Shown one piece after another: positions 1-11,324 of a stretch of DNA of 54,639 nucleotides. The translations under genes were made by a program, and so were the position numbers. Numbering within the stretch: position 1 is the stretch's first letter; every line of letters starts with the position of its first letter. A model generated the notes under the pieces. That model was not told the DNA's origin and searched no databases. It was given only the letters and a program-made list of their open reading frames with translations. The stretch spans positions 1 to 54,639 of IMG/VR virus record IMGVR_UViG_3300024296_000003; one strand, given 5' to 3'. The DNA is from a virus. Lineage: Duplodnaviria; Caudoviricetes.

Positions 1-552
1 CTGATAAGCAGATGTTAAAGGTATACCTGGATAATCATTATCATTAGGACCAGCTACACCAAACGCAACCGAAGGAACCCCTTCGTTATTTATGCTTATT
101 GTATTACTACCAGGCTGCATAAGAGCAGGGTAAGAAACATTTTTTGCAGTAGCATCATAATTATCAGCACCTGAATTACCTGGGTTTGGGGAATTACCCC
201 ACTGAGACCATCCTATTGATGCACCGGTCGCCCCTTGCGGCCCTTTTAAATTAATACCCGTATTGCTCCAAACTAATCCGGTGTATTCCCAAACATCCCC
301 GTTACTCTGTAAATAATAGTCAGCTGCTAAAGGAGTAACAGTAGGAGGGGTAACATTAGGATCATCGGTACCTTCATACCATTCTGTCCCTCTTTCACCT
401 CTACCGCCAATTGGGCCTGATGGGCCTAATGGACCTGCTGGGCCTACCGGACCACCACCATTTAACAGTAACTGATCAAAATTAAAATTAATTTTATCAA
501 CTGCTTGTGAGATAGTATCAGAAGCAATTAATTCTTGTATGGTGATTGCCAT
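1..552 (-). CDS. Collagen-repeat virion/tail fibre protein, N-terminal part (runs off window start; absent from ORF track)
   Basis: Manual translation from ATG at 552: MAITIQELIASDTISQAVDKINFNFDQLLLNGGGPVGPAGPLGPSGPIGGRGERG...NLKGPQGATGAS; frame stays open to base 1; G-X-Y repeats. Confidence 0.8.
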   Translation of the reverse strand, partial: MAITIQELIASDTISQAVDKINFNFDQLLLNGGGPVGPAGPLGPSGPIGGRGERGTEWYEGTDDPNVTPPTVTPLAADYYLQSNGDVWEYTGLVWSNTGINLKGPQGATGASIGWSQWGNSPNPGNSGADNYDATAKNVSYPALMQPGSNTISINNEGVPSVAFGVAGPNDNDYPGIPLTSAYQ

Positions 553-562
553 CTTTAAATCT

Positions 563-3500
563 TTATTTTTTAATTAAGGTAACACTGAATCCAAACGACT
601 CAGTAAACCCTTTCCTTTTGTTATATATTAGCTTTAAATCAAATGGATTAGTATTTAGTAATTTAGAACCAATAGAAGTGTTTACACTTAATCCTGCATT
701 AACCTTTTCTGCATTTGTTAGTTGAGCAGTAGAATAATCCAACGGTAATTTTTGCCTGGTGCTTTTTACATAAAACTCTACCGATGAGATCTTATACAAC
801 TGTAAAATGTTTTGTGTAATATATCTTTCAACATCATCATCTATAGAATCTATATCATTATAACTAAATTCAGGTTTAATGTACTTTTTAAATTGATCTC
901 TAATAGGTGTAAACAAATATTCAATTAACCTTTTTTGTATAAAGTTATAAAAAACAACAGAAGTATCATTTTCCTGAGTCATAAATGTTCCATCTATTAA
1001 TGAAGGCTGCCTAATAGCACCTTTATCAAATGGTGAATGTAAAAAAGTTTCTAATTTTATTTCTTGTGGTACTTTTAAATACTTAGAACCATAAAATGAC
1101 TTTCTTTCAGTCATTGCCTTTGTTCCTATAATAGATTCTATTTGTGACTTGTCAATACTTTTTCTAAAATAAGAAGGTTCCCAGTTAGATGAAAATAGAT
1201 AAAAATCTCTTTTTGCTATACCTACTTCATTAATAAGTGGATAAAGACTAAGATATGCGCCTTCTTTAGAAAGTTCTAATACTGTTGAAGGATCTTCCTC
1301 ATTAACTTTATGATAAAATAAATTCTTTATTTGTCCAAAATTTTCAACATCATTACTATTAAACTGGGTATTGCAATATCTACATAATTCTAATACTTTA
1401 AGTTTATAAATCTCATCATCAATAACACCACCAGTATATCCTGTTGGATTATCAAAATCTATATTTAAATAAGGGTCTCTAAATGAAAATAAATTTAATG
1501 ATGTTGGTTGGTAATAACCTGCATGTCTTCCTATTGGTGTTATTCTAGGTTTTGTTTGTAAAGATAAATCATATCCTATAATATCTGTAAGGTTAAATAC
1601 GGTTGGTTTTGCAGGATCTGGTAAAACACCAACATAAACAGATTTTAAAATATCAGCTTGAGCTCTTAATTCAATCATAAATGTCTGTAAGATATTTCCG
1701 TTTTTATCAACTACTCTATTACCATCTTTATCTATAGTTTCATATAGGACATCAGAAGATCCTTGATTAACATTTTTAAATAGTGTAGCAAAACCAACGT
1801 CTCTTAGTCTGGTAACATACGCGTTAAATCCACCATTTAATGTAAAATATTCTGCGGTAGATAAATCTGTTGAGGTTGGTGTTAATCCACCTGGTACAAA
1901 AGCTACACCATTTTTTGTTATTTCAGTAGCAAAGAATTGACTATCAGAAACTACTCTTATTATACCTCTACATTGATAAATATCCGTACCTATTACAAAT
2001 TGAAGTATATTAAATTGACCATCCGCACCTATAGTTATATCCCTTAAAAATCTAGGAGGGTTACCGTTTGCATCAGGTACTCCTTGTATTAAATAGGCAC
2101 CTGCTGTTATATTATATGATGTTGCTGCTAAACTAAGAGCTCCTTGTACAATTCCCTTTTCATAAAAAGGGCGCCCTGTTAATGGGTTGAATATCGATTC
2201 ACATTCTGTAGGTCCTGAAGTGTTTACTCTATAATCATTTTCTAAAGAGTATAATGAAGTTCTATCAATTTCCTGTTCTCCTTCATTTATACAATAGTTA
2301 TCAAGAGTTAAAAATACCATCATTACAACAGTTTTCCATTTATCATTTTTAACGAACTTAATTTGCGTTTCCGGTTTATCAGGTGCATTGGGTATTAACA
2401 TTACAGAAAATCTATAATCATTAAATCTTCCATCGTTAACATATTTTAAAGACCTTGCATTAAAATTAGGTCTATTTTCAGGGTTTGCTTTTGGTTTTGC
2501 AATAATTCTAACCCCTCTCAAAAAAGTTTCAGCAAAATTCTTTTCATCCCCTCCAGAGAATCTACCATACCTAAGCTGCCTATCTATGAGATTAATATTA
2601 CCACCTGTTGTAAACTTATCAACTATAAAGTAATCATTAAAATAATCTTTATCTACCTTCTGAAAAGTACCAGGTGTATACGCAGCTCCCGTTATAGGAT
2701 TTGCCTCTATTGTATCAGTTGGTGCAGTGTCAATATAACTCCAAGAACTTTTAATAGCATCATCATTAAAGTAATAAGGAAATTCACATAGATAATACCA
2801 TTCATGCGAGAACCCGAGTGGATCTTGGCCTACACTATATTTTGAAGGTGCAAAATTATTTTGACCAAATGCCTCGTTTACATTTAAGCTATATGGTAAA
2901 TTTCTGACATTCTTACCATCATCTATCCATGACCATTTATTAATGTATGGAATAACTCTTGATGCAACTGCTTGTTGCTTTATAAAATTTTCTTCTAATC
3001 TATCGTATTCTGATTTTATAATAGAATCAACAGTAGTATCAGGATCTGAATCTCTTAATAACCCTATCAATGTAGAAAAACCACCATTATCATAAAATTC
3101 TCTAATCTCTGGGTTTGTACTTATTCCTGTATATGTGTTTGTGGCTGGATCAACTGTATTATAATGAATCCTTTCATAATTTAATTCACCTTCTCTACTA
3201 TAAAGATTACTGTAAAAGTCATAATCAAAATCTCTTACTGGGAAAACTGAAAATCTACCAAAAGATGGCATATAATCAGAGTACAGTGCGACTTGATTAG
3301 ATCGGGTAACATTAATTTGATTATCATTTAATGTTATGATAACATATTCATCAATTCCATTATAACCTATTTGTTTACCTCTTTCATTTGTAATAGGTTC
3401 ATTTAAATAAGGTACCCAATCACCTATTTCAGCAAACCCGTTTTTAGATTGAACAAAATTACCTTTTTCAAATCTTTCTTGGTCACCGTTTGCAACTTTA

Positions 3501-5191
3501 AGTAAAGCACGGTTAACATCATTACCTCCTACAAAATTAGCTTTAGGTTTTATTAAATCAGTTAACGGGTATGTAGAAATATCATTAACAGTTAGAGGAT
3601 ATGATGCATAGTCTAATTCAAAATTAAGCCTATTAAACCTTGACCCACCAAATCTAGATTGAACATATACTGTATCTTTATTATATGAAGCCACAAAAAA
3701 TCTTTTCTCTGGTGAAATACCTTCATTTATTGCTGAAGTAATAGATTGTGCAATTTCTTCTGTTGTTCCGCTAGGATTAAAAAATTGATTTTTATTTTTA
3801 CCTGGATTAGGTGCTTCGGCTGTACTTGCTGCAACTTCCCCAACTAAATCTAAACCATCATAAAAAGTAATTTTAAAACCGTTAGTTAATTCATTTAAGA
3901 TTTTAAATGATGATGTGGCTTTACCTTTTTGTTCTAATATACTAGCATTTGCAAAAGTATCAGGCTGTTTAAATCCAGCAATCTTAGATATATCAATCTT
4001 AGTATCAAATAGTCTTATTTGATTTTCCCCCCAAGTTGAGCCCTTTTTAATTGTATGAAATTGATTATCCTTATCCTTTACATAGAAAATAGATTCAACT
4101 TCATTTACTCTAGGAGGAGTTGGTAAGCCAGTGGTTGTAGTAGTTTTAGCAGGGTCTAAATAAATAAGTACCCCATTAGAGTTAGTTATTTCAAATGGTG
4201 TATTTAAAAATTGAGATACCTCAGTAACCGATTTTATTTTAGGCAACTGTGTTTTTTCTGTATTTTTGTAAAAGCCTTCACCTGATATATCAAATAAACC
4301 TTCTTCTACTTCATTAACATATAATCCAAAATATCTATTAATTGAATACTCTTCTGCATTAATGTCAGAGAATAAGAATTCCATGTTAATCAAATTAGCC
4401 AATAAGACATTATTTCTTTCAAACCCTTCAGTAAAAAAGAATTCATTATTAATAATAGTAGTATCCTGTGTAACTAAACCATCATATGAAAAACTACCAG
4501 CTTGTGTAAATCCACCTTTACTGTAATTTATACCTGACCATTGTATAGGCTCATCTTTTCTCCATGAAATATTAAGAGGAGATTTAGGAAATGATTCTTG
4601 ATTTCTATAATTTCTAATATACGACCCTAATAAACTATTGCTTGTTAAATCAAATGTTTTAATTGCTGTACAATTTTCTAAAACATTTTTATTAAACTCT
4701 GCAGATGTTTGTGCATTAAGATAATTAGTATTTTGTAAAGATTCATTTATATTATTTACAGCAGCAGGATTATCTATTCTAAAAATAACAAAATTGTTAG
4801 GTATTTGTTCGTTTAGCCATATTGGAGCTAACATACCTAAATCTTCAGTATAAGAAGCAGATGCAACAGATCTAGCCCCAGCAGAATAAAACATTTCATA
4901 CTGGTTTTGGTATTGTGAAAGTACCGCTACATCTTGATATTCTTGAAATACTTCATATGCCAACTGTGCAGGGAATTTACCTCCTTGGAAAAATTTCCAG
5001 ACATCGCGGTCATAAGTATCTTTACCGCTAATCTTAAATGCTTTAAATGATGCAGCTGATAATTCTGTGTTGGCATTAAAAGATTCTAAATATAAGTCTT
5101 CACCGTTACTCACCAATTTAACATTACCTGTTAACTTAGGATTAGTTCTGACTATACCATAGGATGCTTTATCAAAGAGTTTTTCGGCCAT
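563..5191 (-). CDS. Large virion structural protein (probable baseplate/peripheral component), 1542 aa
   Basis: Long ORF within the baseplate gene run, preceded by late-type motif GAATAAATA; no catalytic motif recognised. Confidence 0.55.
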   Translation of the reverse strand: MAEKLFDKASYGIVRTNPKLTGNVKLVSNGEDLYLESFNANTELSAASFKAFKISGKDTYDRDVWKFFQGGKFPAQLAYEVFQEYQDVAVLSQYQNQYEMFYSAGARSVASASYTEDLGMLAPIWLNEQIPNNFVIFRIDNPAAVNNINESLQNTNYLNAQTSAEFNKNVLENCTAIKTFDLTSNSLLGSYIRNYRNQESFPKSPLNISWRKDEPIQWSGINYSKGGFTQAGSFSYDGLVTQDTTIINNEFFFTEGFERNNVLLANLINMEFLFSDINAEEYSINRYFGLYVNEVEEGLFDISGEGFYKNTEKTQLPKIKSVTEVSQFLNTPFEITNSNGVLIYLDPAKTTTTTGLPTPPRVNEVESIFYVKDKDNQFHTIKKGSTWGENQIRLFDTKIDISKIAGFKQPDTFANASILEQKGKATSSFKILNELTNGFKITFYDGLDLVGEVAASTAEAPNPGKNKNQFFNPSGTTEEIAQSITSAINEGISPEKRFFVASYNKDTVYVQSRFGGSRFNRLNFELDYASYPLTVNDISTYPLTDLIKPKANFVGGNDVNRALLKVANGDQERFEKGNFVQSKNGFAEIGDWVPYLNEPITNERGKQIGYNGIDEYVIITLNDNQINVTRSNQVALYSDYMPSFGRFSVFPVRDFDYDFYSNLYSREGELNYERIHYNTVDPATNTYTGISTNPEIREFYDNGGFSTLIGLLRDSDPDTTVDSIIKSEYDRLEENFIKQQAVASRVIPYINKWSWIDDGKNVRNLPYSLNVNEAFGQNNFAPSKYSVGQDPLGFSHEWYYLCEFPYYFNDDAIKSSWSYIDTAPTDTIEANPITGAAYTPGTFQKVDKDYFNDYFIVDKFTTGGNINLIDRQLRYGRFSGGDEKNFAETFLRGVRIIAKPKANPENRPNFNARSLKYVNDGRFNDYRFSVMLIPNAPDKPETQIKFVKNDKWKTVVMMVFLTLDNYCINEGEQEIDRTSLYSLENDYRVNTSGPTECESIFNPLTGRPFYEKGIVQGALSLAATSYNITAGAYLIQGVPDANGNPPRFLRDITIGADGQFNILQFVIGTDIYQCRGIIRVVSDSQFFATEITKNGVAFVPGGLTPTSTDLSTAEYFTLNGGFNAYVTRLRDVGFATLFKNVNQGSSDVLYETIDKDGNRVVDKNGNILQTFMIELRAQADILKSVYVGVLPDPAKPTVFNLTDIIGYDLSLQTKPRITPIGRHAGYYQPTSLNLFSFRDPYLNIDFDNPTGYTGGVIDDEIYKLKVLELCRYCNTQFNSNDVENFGQIKNLFYHKVNEEDPSTVLELSKEGAYLSLYPLINEVGIAKRDFYLFSSNWEPSYFRKSIDKSQIESIIGTKAMTERKSFYGSKYLKVPQEIKLETFLHSPFDKGAIRQPSLIDGTFMTQENDTSVVFYNFIQKRLIEYLFTPIRDQFKKYIKPEFSYNDIDSIDDDVERYITQNILQLYKISSVEFYVKSTRQKLPLDYSTAQLTNAEKVNAGLSVNTSIGSKLLNTNPFDLKLIYNKRKGFTESFGFSVTLIKK

Positions 5192-5208
5192 TTAATTCTC
5201 ACTTTTTT

Positions 5209-5217
5209 TATTTATTC
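5209..5217 (-). promoter_or_regulatory. Class C late-type motif GAATAWATA (also 17796, 20023, 23988, 27857, 34821, 35425 on minus; 39811 on plus)
   Basis: Eight copies; seven lie 16-19 nt upstream of a start codon, mostly structural genes; resembles T4 late TATAAATA. Confidence 0.7.
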
Positions 5218-5243
5218 ACCATGAAGGTAGTGAAAACTAAATG

Positions 5244-8200
5244 TTACAGGAAGCCTCCACCGTCTACATCAGTTTCTTGGGCAAACCCTCGATTCACACC
5301 ACCACCTCTAGCAGATCCACCACCACCTCTAACAACTTGATTTACTCTAGTTGCCGTAACGGTTGGGCTTAACTTAGTTAATACTTTTTCCAAATCGTTT
5401 AAACCTTTAGTAACTGTTTTAGTTGGGAATACATCAATATTTAAATTATCAGATCTATATTTAGCAAATACCTCTATGTCGTATTGATAAACATCCTGGT
5501 TATTAGGGAATATATCAAAACCGACTTTCTTTGCATAGGTAAGGTTTACAGTTGCACCTGTACTATCACCTCCGATATTTCCTAGACCTCCAGCAGAACC
5601 ATCACCAGTACCAAAATAATCGGTCATCCTATATTGAAACACTAGTGGAATGTTAATTGAATTCTGTTGCCCAAATTGAATGATAGCCTCTGATTGTATT
5701 GAATCACCATTCATTTGTATACTTTGGTGTGCATCAGCAGACATAAATAAATAAGAACCTACTGATTGTTTACCTAGTGTATATTGATCAAATGTTTCAA
5801 ATGAATTTTTAGTATTTCTTTCATATCCATTTCCACTGTTTACTATATTAGGATCTACTGCATCAGATAGAGCATCTATTGCTACGATAGAAGGGCTAGC
5901 TATTAATGTTTGCCCAGAAGTCCATGTTTGACCTGCTAATGTTGATGTTGAGGCCATTTCTTGTAGCTTTATTGAATTTTCATTTAAGTATATTGACTGT
6001 TGCTTCCCATACGGTTGATCAGATTGCAGATTCATAAATTTAGATTGTCTAAACATAACATTAGCAGTACCATTACCACCTGTTGTACAGTCAGCTTGTG
6101 TAGAAGTTATAGGATCTCCTATATTACCTAGAGTGAAAGTATCTCCAGTAGCTCTTATGTATGCTTGTCTAAATGCATCCATACTTTGTACTATAGGATG
6201 ACTAGTATGTACCTCTAAAGTATTATCATCACCTAAAGGATAAGTCCCCGCTGTAGTCGGCTCTCCTGTAGTTACATCAAAACCACCACCCCATATAAAT
6301 TCAGTTTCTGAAACAATATTAGTATTAGTACTTCTACCATAAAAGTTTTCAGCAGTATCTAAATTAAATGTATAGTCACCATCTGGGTTAATGTAACTAT
6401 AGAAAGTTTCCTCAGATGATACATCATTAAATCTACTATTAATAAATTGGTTTTTATTTTGCGTAGATTGAAATGGTGCTAATGAAGTAGTTTGACCATA
6501 TTTCCAATCAGCATTAACAGTAGGATTGGTTAAAAGAATTGGAGTTAAATCATATTTTCGGACTGTATTATAATCTACATCTGATGATATATATGTAGCC
6601 CTACCATTACTCTGATTAGCTTGGCTATTATCTAACCATGAATATGTTGCAGGTAAAATAGTACTACCTCCAGTTACTTGAGCTACACTGTAGTTAGGAT
6701 CCTCTGATTGTTTAACCATTCTTTGTCTATTTCCTGCTATCCTAGAAACTAATCTTAAACCAGTCTGTTCTCGGTTTGATAAATTAATAAAGAATGTTTT
6801 AGATATTACAGCACCTCTTGGATCATCTAAGTTAGACACCTCCTGTGAATAAAATCCAGCAAATACTTTAGTTACAGCATTTCTCTTAATTCTTGTAACA
6901 TTACCTTGATCATCAATTAACTGACAAACCAATTCTCCTTGCGCATTAGAAAGTATTTCAGCAAATAAATCTAATTGATTTTGCATTTCTTGTAATTTAG
7001 TAAACAAATCAATTGGCGTTTGGTTTTCTGATAAAAAGCCTGATGCAATTACTGGTGATGAATGCGCATAATAAGTTTCATTCGCTGTAAAAGAACTGCT
7101 TAAATGTTGTTGTATACCTAATTCATTTAAATCTTCTTCTAATGAAACTTTAGCTAAGTCTTGTTGATTTTGATTAATTATTGCCTCTACTGCATTATCA
7201 GAACTCAGATCAGCTGGGAAAGGTATAACAACAGATCTTGACCAATCACTCTCTAGTGGATTGGTTGGCCAACCTGCCTCAGATACTGATTTTACTTGGA
7301 CTTCTACCTGTTCACCTTTTCTAATAGGTATATCTAATTGATTAATGTTTACGGCATCGGCGTTATCCGCATCTATTTCAACCCATTCATAAACCCCTGT
7401 GATAGAATTTTTAATCCTAGGTCTTAATGTACTGTCTATAATGTTATAATTTGAAAATGCACCTTGACTAACACCTGACCCATCAATAAAATTAAATTGA
7501 TCTACAGGGTTAGCTGCACCATCACTAGATAAATAACGATACCTAGTCTTAAACTTTACAATAGATTGAACTCCAGTTGCTGGTGTAGACTTTTCTTCTG
7601 GCATTGACCAAAATCCTCTTGCCCTATATTTAGGTGAAATAGATGATACTGAATTATCTTTTGCTTTAGCATCAATTTCTTTTACAACCGATGAATATAA
7701 TTGTCCTTGTGAAGACCTTTCTGTAATAAGACCTTGTAAAGCATTTACATCAGCATCTCTTTCAACTTCAGTTGAATAATTAGTAGTTTGTATTTTTGTC
7801 CTGCTTTGAGAAATTGCACCATCTAATTCTTTAAGTGTAGCTTCTATAGTATTTTTTTGATTATTTAAATCTGTTAATTCCACAATAGCCGGAGCATCAC
7901 TTACTTGGCCATTAATTAACTTAACCGCAAAATCCCCATCATTTAAGACTGGTGCATTAGGCTTAACACCTTCCCTCGTAGTAGGCATTCTATCATCTGC
8001 AAAGGAAAGTAACATAGCACCAAAATCAATAGCGCTTTGTTGATAATATTCGGCTAAGGTTTGCTCAACACCACCTTCATTAACAGTAGTTAATGTGTTA
8101 GTGTAGAACGCACTACCTGGCGACCAATTCACAGAAGGTATTTTTGAATCTGGGTCAATAGGTTTTACAAAAGTTACACATCTTTCATTAAACCCAACAG

Positions 8201-9161
8201 TAACATCTACTTGAACATTATCTTCTAGTGAGGATGCAATCTTTAATACATCTGCACCAATTCTTATAGCTTCATAACCTTCTACTAATTCTACAATAAC
8301 TGTATTAGTACTAGAATCAACTTTAGTAACTTTATACCTTGTAGTAATAGGATCACTTATAACTTCCAAACTATCACCGACTGATAGCTGTACTGTGTCA
8401 TCAAAATCAGCCTCAGCATCAGTATAAAATATCTTATTTAGTTTATATTGTTTCCTTTGTGAAGTGACGCTAACACCGTTTATTTCCTCTGTAACTGTTG
8501 CATCTGATATTCTTAGTACACTAAAGTTTCCAGTATATCTTTTAACTCTCGGTGGTAAATCTACAACAGCCTCATCTAATACATATGATATATTTTTTTC
8601 TACTATTTCTTGTAAAAACTGATTATAATCAATATCACTTCTACCTAAATAAGAATTATTAAAAAAGTTAACTTTAGTTTGAGTATTCGTATTTAAAATG
8701 TAACGCTGAATAATTGCTCGTTCAGTATCAATAGGAACTTGTCCAGTTAAATCAAATGAAATATAAAGAAGCGGATTAATTAGTTCTTCAAAAAACCAAT
8801 TAGGTTTTATATTAAAATTTTCAATGGTATTAATTGAAGTTAAATCCTGTGCTTCTGTTGGAAGTTTAGCCAAAACCAATTTTCTAAATGTACCATCAGA
8901 TAATCTTATTGAACTATTTGATCCATTAAGATTAGTAAGTGTATCAATATTGGTCTGTAATCTATCTACCGAATTCTTTAAAAACCCAAAACTTGGAATA
9001 GTTACTCTAGAATTAGTTCCATTATTATTTTGTATATTAATAGTAACCGACTCATTGCTTGAGGTTATGGCCTGATTAACTTTCTCAAAACTTTCTAATG
9101 AATTATTAAAAAGTCTAAGAAGCTCTGGGAGCATTGTTGATATTGAATTATTTTCAGCCAT
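5244..9161 (-). CDS. Large virion structural protein with central coiled coil, 1305 aa
   Basis: Long ORF in structural module; heptad-rich segment (ELTDLNNQKNTIEATLKELD...); S/T/N/G-rich beta-type C-terminal half. Confidence 0.55.
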   Translation of the reverse strand: MAENNSISTMLPELLRLFNNSLESFEKVNQAITSSNESVTINIQNNNGTNSRVTIPSFGFLKNSVDRLQTNIDTLTNLNGSNSSIRLSDGTFRKLVLAKLPTEAQDLTSINTIENFNIKPNWFFEELINPLLYISFDLTGQVPIDTERAIIQRYILNTNTQTKVNFFNNSYLGRSDIDYNQFLQEIVEKNISYVLDEAVVDLPPRVKRYTGNFSVLRISDATVTEEINGVSVTSQRKQYKLNKIFYTDAEADFDDTVQLSVGDSLEVISDPITTRYKVTKVDSSTNTVIVELVEGYEAIRIGADVLKIASSLEDNVQVDVTVGFNERCVTFVKPIDPDSKIPSVNWSPGSAFYTNTLTTVNEGGVEQTLAEYYQQSAIDFGAMLLSFADDRMPTTREGVKPNAPVLNDGDFAVKLINGQVSDAPAIVELTDLNNQKNTIEATLKELDGAISQSRTKIQTTNYSTEVERDADVNALQGLITERSSQGQLYSSVVKEIDAKAKDNSVSSISPKYRARGFWSMPEEKSTPATGVQSIVKFKTRYRYLSSDGAANPVDQFNFIDGSGVSQGAFSNYNIIDSTLRPRIKNSITGVYEWVEIDADNADAVNINQLDIPIRKGEQVEVQVKSVSEAGWPTNPLESDWSRSVVIPFPADLSSDNAVEAIINQNQQDLAKVSLEEDLNELGIQQHLSSSFTANETYYAHSSPVIASGFLSENQTPIDLFTKLQEMQNQLDLFAEILSNAQGELVCQLIDDQGNVTRIKRNAVTKVFAGFYSQEVSNLDDPRGAVISKTFFINLSNREQTGLRLVSRIAGNRQRMVKQSEDPNYSVAQVTGGSTILPATYSWLDNSQANQSNGRATYISSDVDYNTVRKYDLTPILLTNPTVNADWKYGQTTSLAPFQSTQNKNQFINSRFNDVSSEETFYSYINPDGDYTFNLDTAENFYGRSTNTNIVSETEFIWGGGFDVTTGEPTTAGTYPLGDDNTLEVHTSHPIVQSMDAFRQAYIRATGDTFTLGNIGDPITSTQADCTTGGNGTANVMFRQSKFMNLQSDQPYGKQQSIYLNENSIKLQEMASTSTLAGQTWTSGQTLIASPSIVAIDALSDAVDPNIVNSGNGYERNTKNSFETFDQYTLGKQSVGSYLFMSADAHQSIQMNGDSIQSEAIIQFGQQNSINIPLVFQYRMTDYFGTGDGSAGGLGNIGGDSTGATVNLTYAKKVGFDIFPNNQDVYQYDIEVFAKYRSDNLNIDVFPTKTVTKGLNDLEKVLTKLSPTVTATRVNQVVRGGGGSARGGGVNRGFAQETDVDGGGFL

Positions 9162-9191
9162 TTATTTTTCTTCTTTCTTTTATTATATTAT

Positions 9192-11306
9192 TTATTTAAT
9201 CACATCATGAACGAAACTCAGAACTCCTTGTTCTGTGCATATAAATTCTATAATAGGTTTAGATGATATTTCTGCATTTTGTATAACTCCCATAGATACT
9301 CCATAAGAACCTGTATTAAGTCTACTTGGTGCATCAGTCCAAACTCTTATATTTCTTGATCCTATATCTAAAGAATTGTTAAATGTTAATCTTAATGTTT
9401 GCCCTGTTTTCCATTGTATTCCTGTATCATTTACATAAATATTTAAATCACCACCTGCCTCATTAACAGTATCAAGCCTTAACATATTAGTGTAAGATCT
9501 TAATTCTGTAAATACCTGTGGTATTGCTTGGTTTAGATTCAATGGATTAACTGTAGTGATTTGAACTTCACTATTATCAAACGGTACCATGAAAGTATAT
9601 TCTTGTGTTGCTAATGATATTGTAATGAGATTAGGTACATTGGTATCAACAGTTATACCAGTCCCTTGTCTAACTACATCAGTGTTATATTGTAAACTAA
9701 TAGGTACATTACCATTAGCTAAAGACTGAATCTCATCAGAGTTTTTAGCAATAAGGTCTAATAAAACTGTATCATTTGCAAAAGCTAAATTAGCATTATC
9801 TAATTGATCTTGTACACTTGTGATCTGCGCTTGTAATGAAGTTACATCAGCAACATTAGTTATTTGATTTTCTAAGGTTTGGACCTTTTGGTCTAACTCA
9901 GAAATTTCTAATTGCTGGGTTTGGAATATTTTTGCTGATTCTTGTAACTGTGCAGTCGCTTCACTGAAGAGCTGCATTGAAAATGTATTATAGTCATTAA
10001 CAATTGTGTCGATGCCGGCCGTTCCTGGCGAAGCATCAAATCGTAAATTGATTTTAAATCCATAACTATTTCCATTTTGTCCTGTAACTTTATTAGGTTT
10101 ATATTTAGGATATCTTTGAATATATCCTCCATCTGTAGTAGGTGTAATATTATCTACCAATAAAATACCATATAAGTTGGTAACAGTATTTGCAGTGTTA
10201 CTTGTATCTACTAAGTCATAATAAACTAATACGGAATTAAATTCAAATGTACTTGCTAAATCAGTACCATTGAATTGAGGTATTGTAGAAATAGTAGGAT
10301 CGGTTATAATCTGTTCATAATCATTAGCAGTAAAATCAACACTAATACCATCTAACTCGGACCTCACATAAGCAGATCCAGTAAAACCTGCAGGGCTACC
10401 ATAATCAGCTGGGTATTTTCTTATATCTACACTAACAGGATTAGTAAAAGTTACAGGTTCGGTAAAATAAGAATCTGTTGTAGTCGGCGGCGTAGGCTCA
10501 TCCATCCAATTTGCATTTGGATCGGTATAACCAGCAGGACCTAATCCTAAAAGAGGTTGATCATAATCATAAAAAGCATTAATACTTAAACCTTGCGGTT
10601 GTACTGTACTTGCATTACGACCTAAAATAAATTCATCCTTACCTTGTATTTTTAAACTAGGTTGATAATTTGAATCAGAAATTGTATCAAATAAAATTGT
10701 TGGGGTACCACCAACCTCTGTTGGTACATTAATGTAAAGTTCTGTATAAGCTTCACCTGCTTTATCTACATTATTAACAATATCAATATCACCTATGTAT
10801 TTTACAACTCTTCTGTATTGTCTACTTCCTGTTGGTTGTTCATCTTCTTCAACAAATAAAGGTCTTGTTACTCCTGGATTTTTTTCAAGATTAGTAGCGG
10901 CCCTGAACCTCATTGCCCCAGTCTCTTTCATCCATTTGAAAAATACTCGTTCTGCTACTGACCTTTGTACGGTGTTATCGTAATTAGCATCACTAATAAT
11001 TAATTCTTCTAAATTCAGCGCATAATTTTGAAGACTTTCGGTAAAGTTAACATTAGGATCACCTTTAAGACCACCACTAGCAATCATACCATCAATAGTA
11101 TCAAATTGCATATAGTTTTCATAATTACTAAATGTATTAGGATCTAATTTATCAAAATCAGGTATATTCAAAAGCACAAACTTAGAAAAGACCAACTTAA
11201 GATTATCATTATTAAGGGTCTTTGAAAGATCTCGTGCAGATGAGGAGAAGGTATAAAAAGTACCTCCATCCGCCTGCGGTGTTTTAATTAAAGGCGTCGT
11301 TGCCAT
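9192..11306 (-). CDS. Virion structural protein with coiled coil, 704 aa
   Basis: Structural module context; coiled-coil segment QLEISELDQKVQTLENQI. Confidence 0.5.
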   Translation of the reverse strand: MATTPLIKTPQADGGTFYTFSSSARDLSKTLNNDNLKLVFSKFVLLNIPDFDKLDPNTFSNYENYMQFDTIDGMIASGGLKGDPNVNFTESLQNYALNLEELIISDANYDNTVQRSVAERVFFKWMKETGAMRFRAATNLEKNPGVTRPLFVEEDEQPTGSRQYRRVVKYIGDIDIVNNVDKAGEAYTELYINVPTEVGGTPTILFDTISDSNYQPSLKIQGKDEFILGRNASTVQPQGLSINAFYDYDQPLLGLGPAGYTDPNANWMDEPTPPTTTDSYFTEPVTFTNPVSVDIRKYPADYGSPAGFTGSAYVRSELDGISVDFTANDYEQIITDPTISTIPQFNGTDLASTFEFNSVLVYYDLVDTSNTANTVTNLYGILLVDNITPTTDGGYIQRYPKYKPNKVTGQNGNSYGFKINLRFDASPGTAGIDTIVNDYNTFSMQLFSEATAQLQESAKIFQTQQLEISELDQKVQTLENQITNVADVTSLQAQITSVQDQLDNANLAFANDTVLLDLIAKNSDEIQSLANGNVPISLQYNTDVVRQGTGITVDTNVPNLITISLATQEYTFMVPFDNSEVQITTVNPLNLNQAIPQVFTELRSYTNMLRLDTVNEAGGDLNIYVNDTGIQWKTGQTLRLTFNNSLDIGSRNIRVWTDAPSRLNTGSYGVSMGVIQNAEISSKPIIEFICTEQGVLSFVHDVIK

Positions 11307-11324
11307 GTATTCCTTTTCTTTTTA

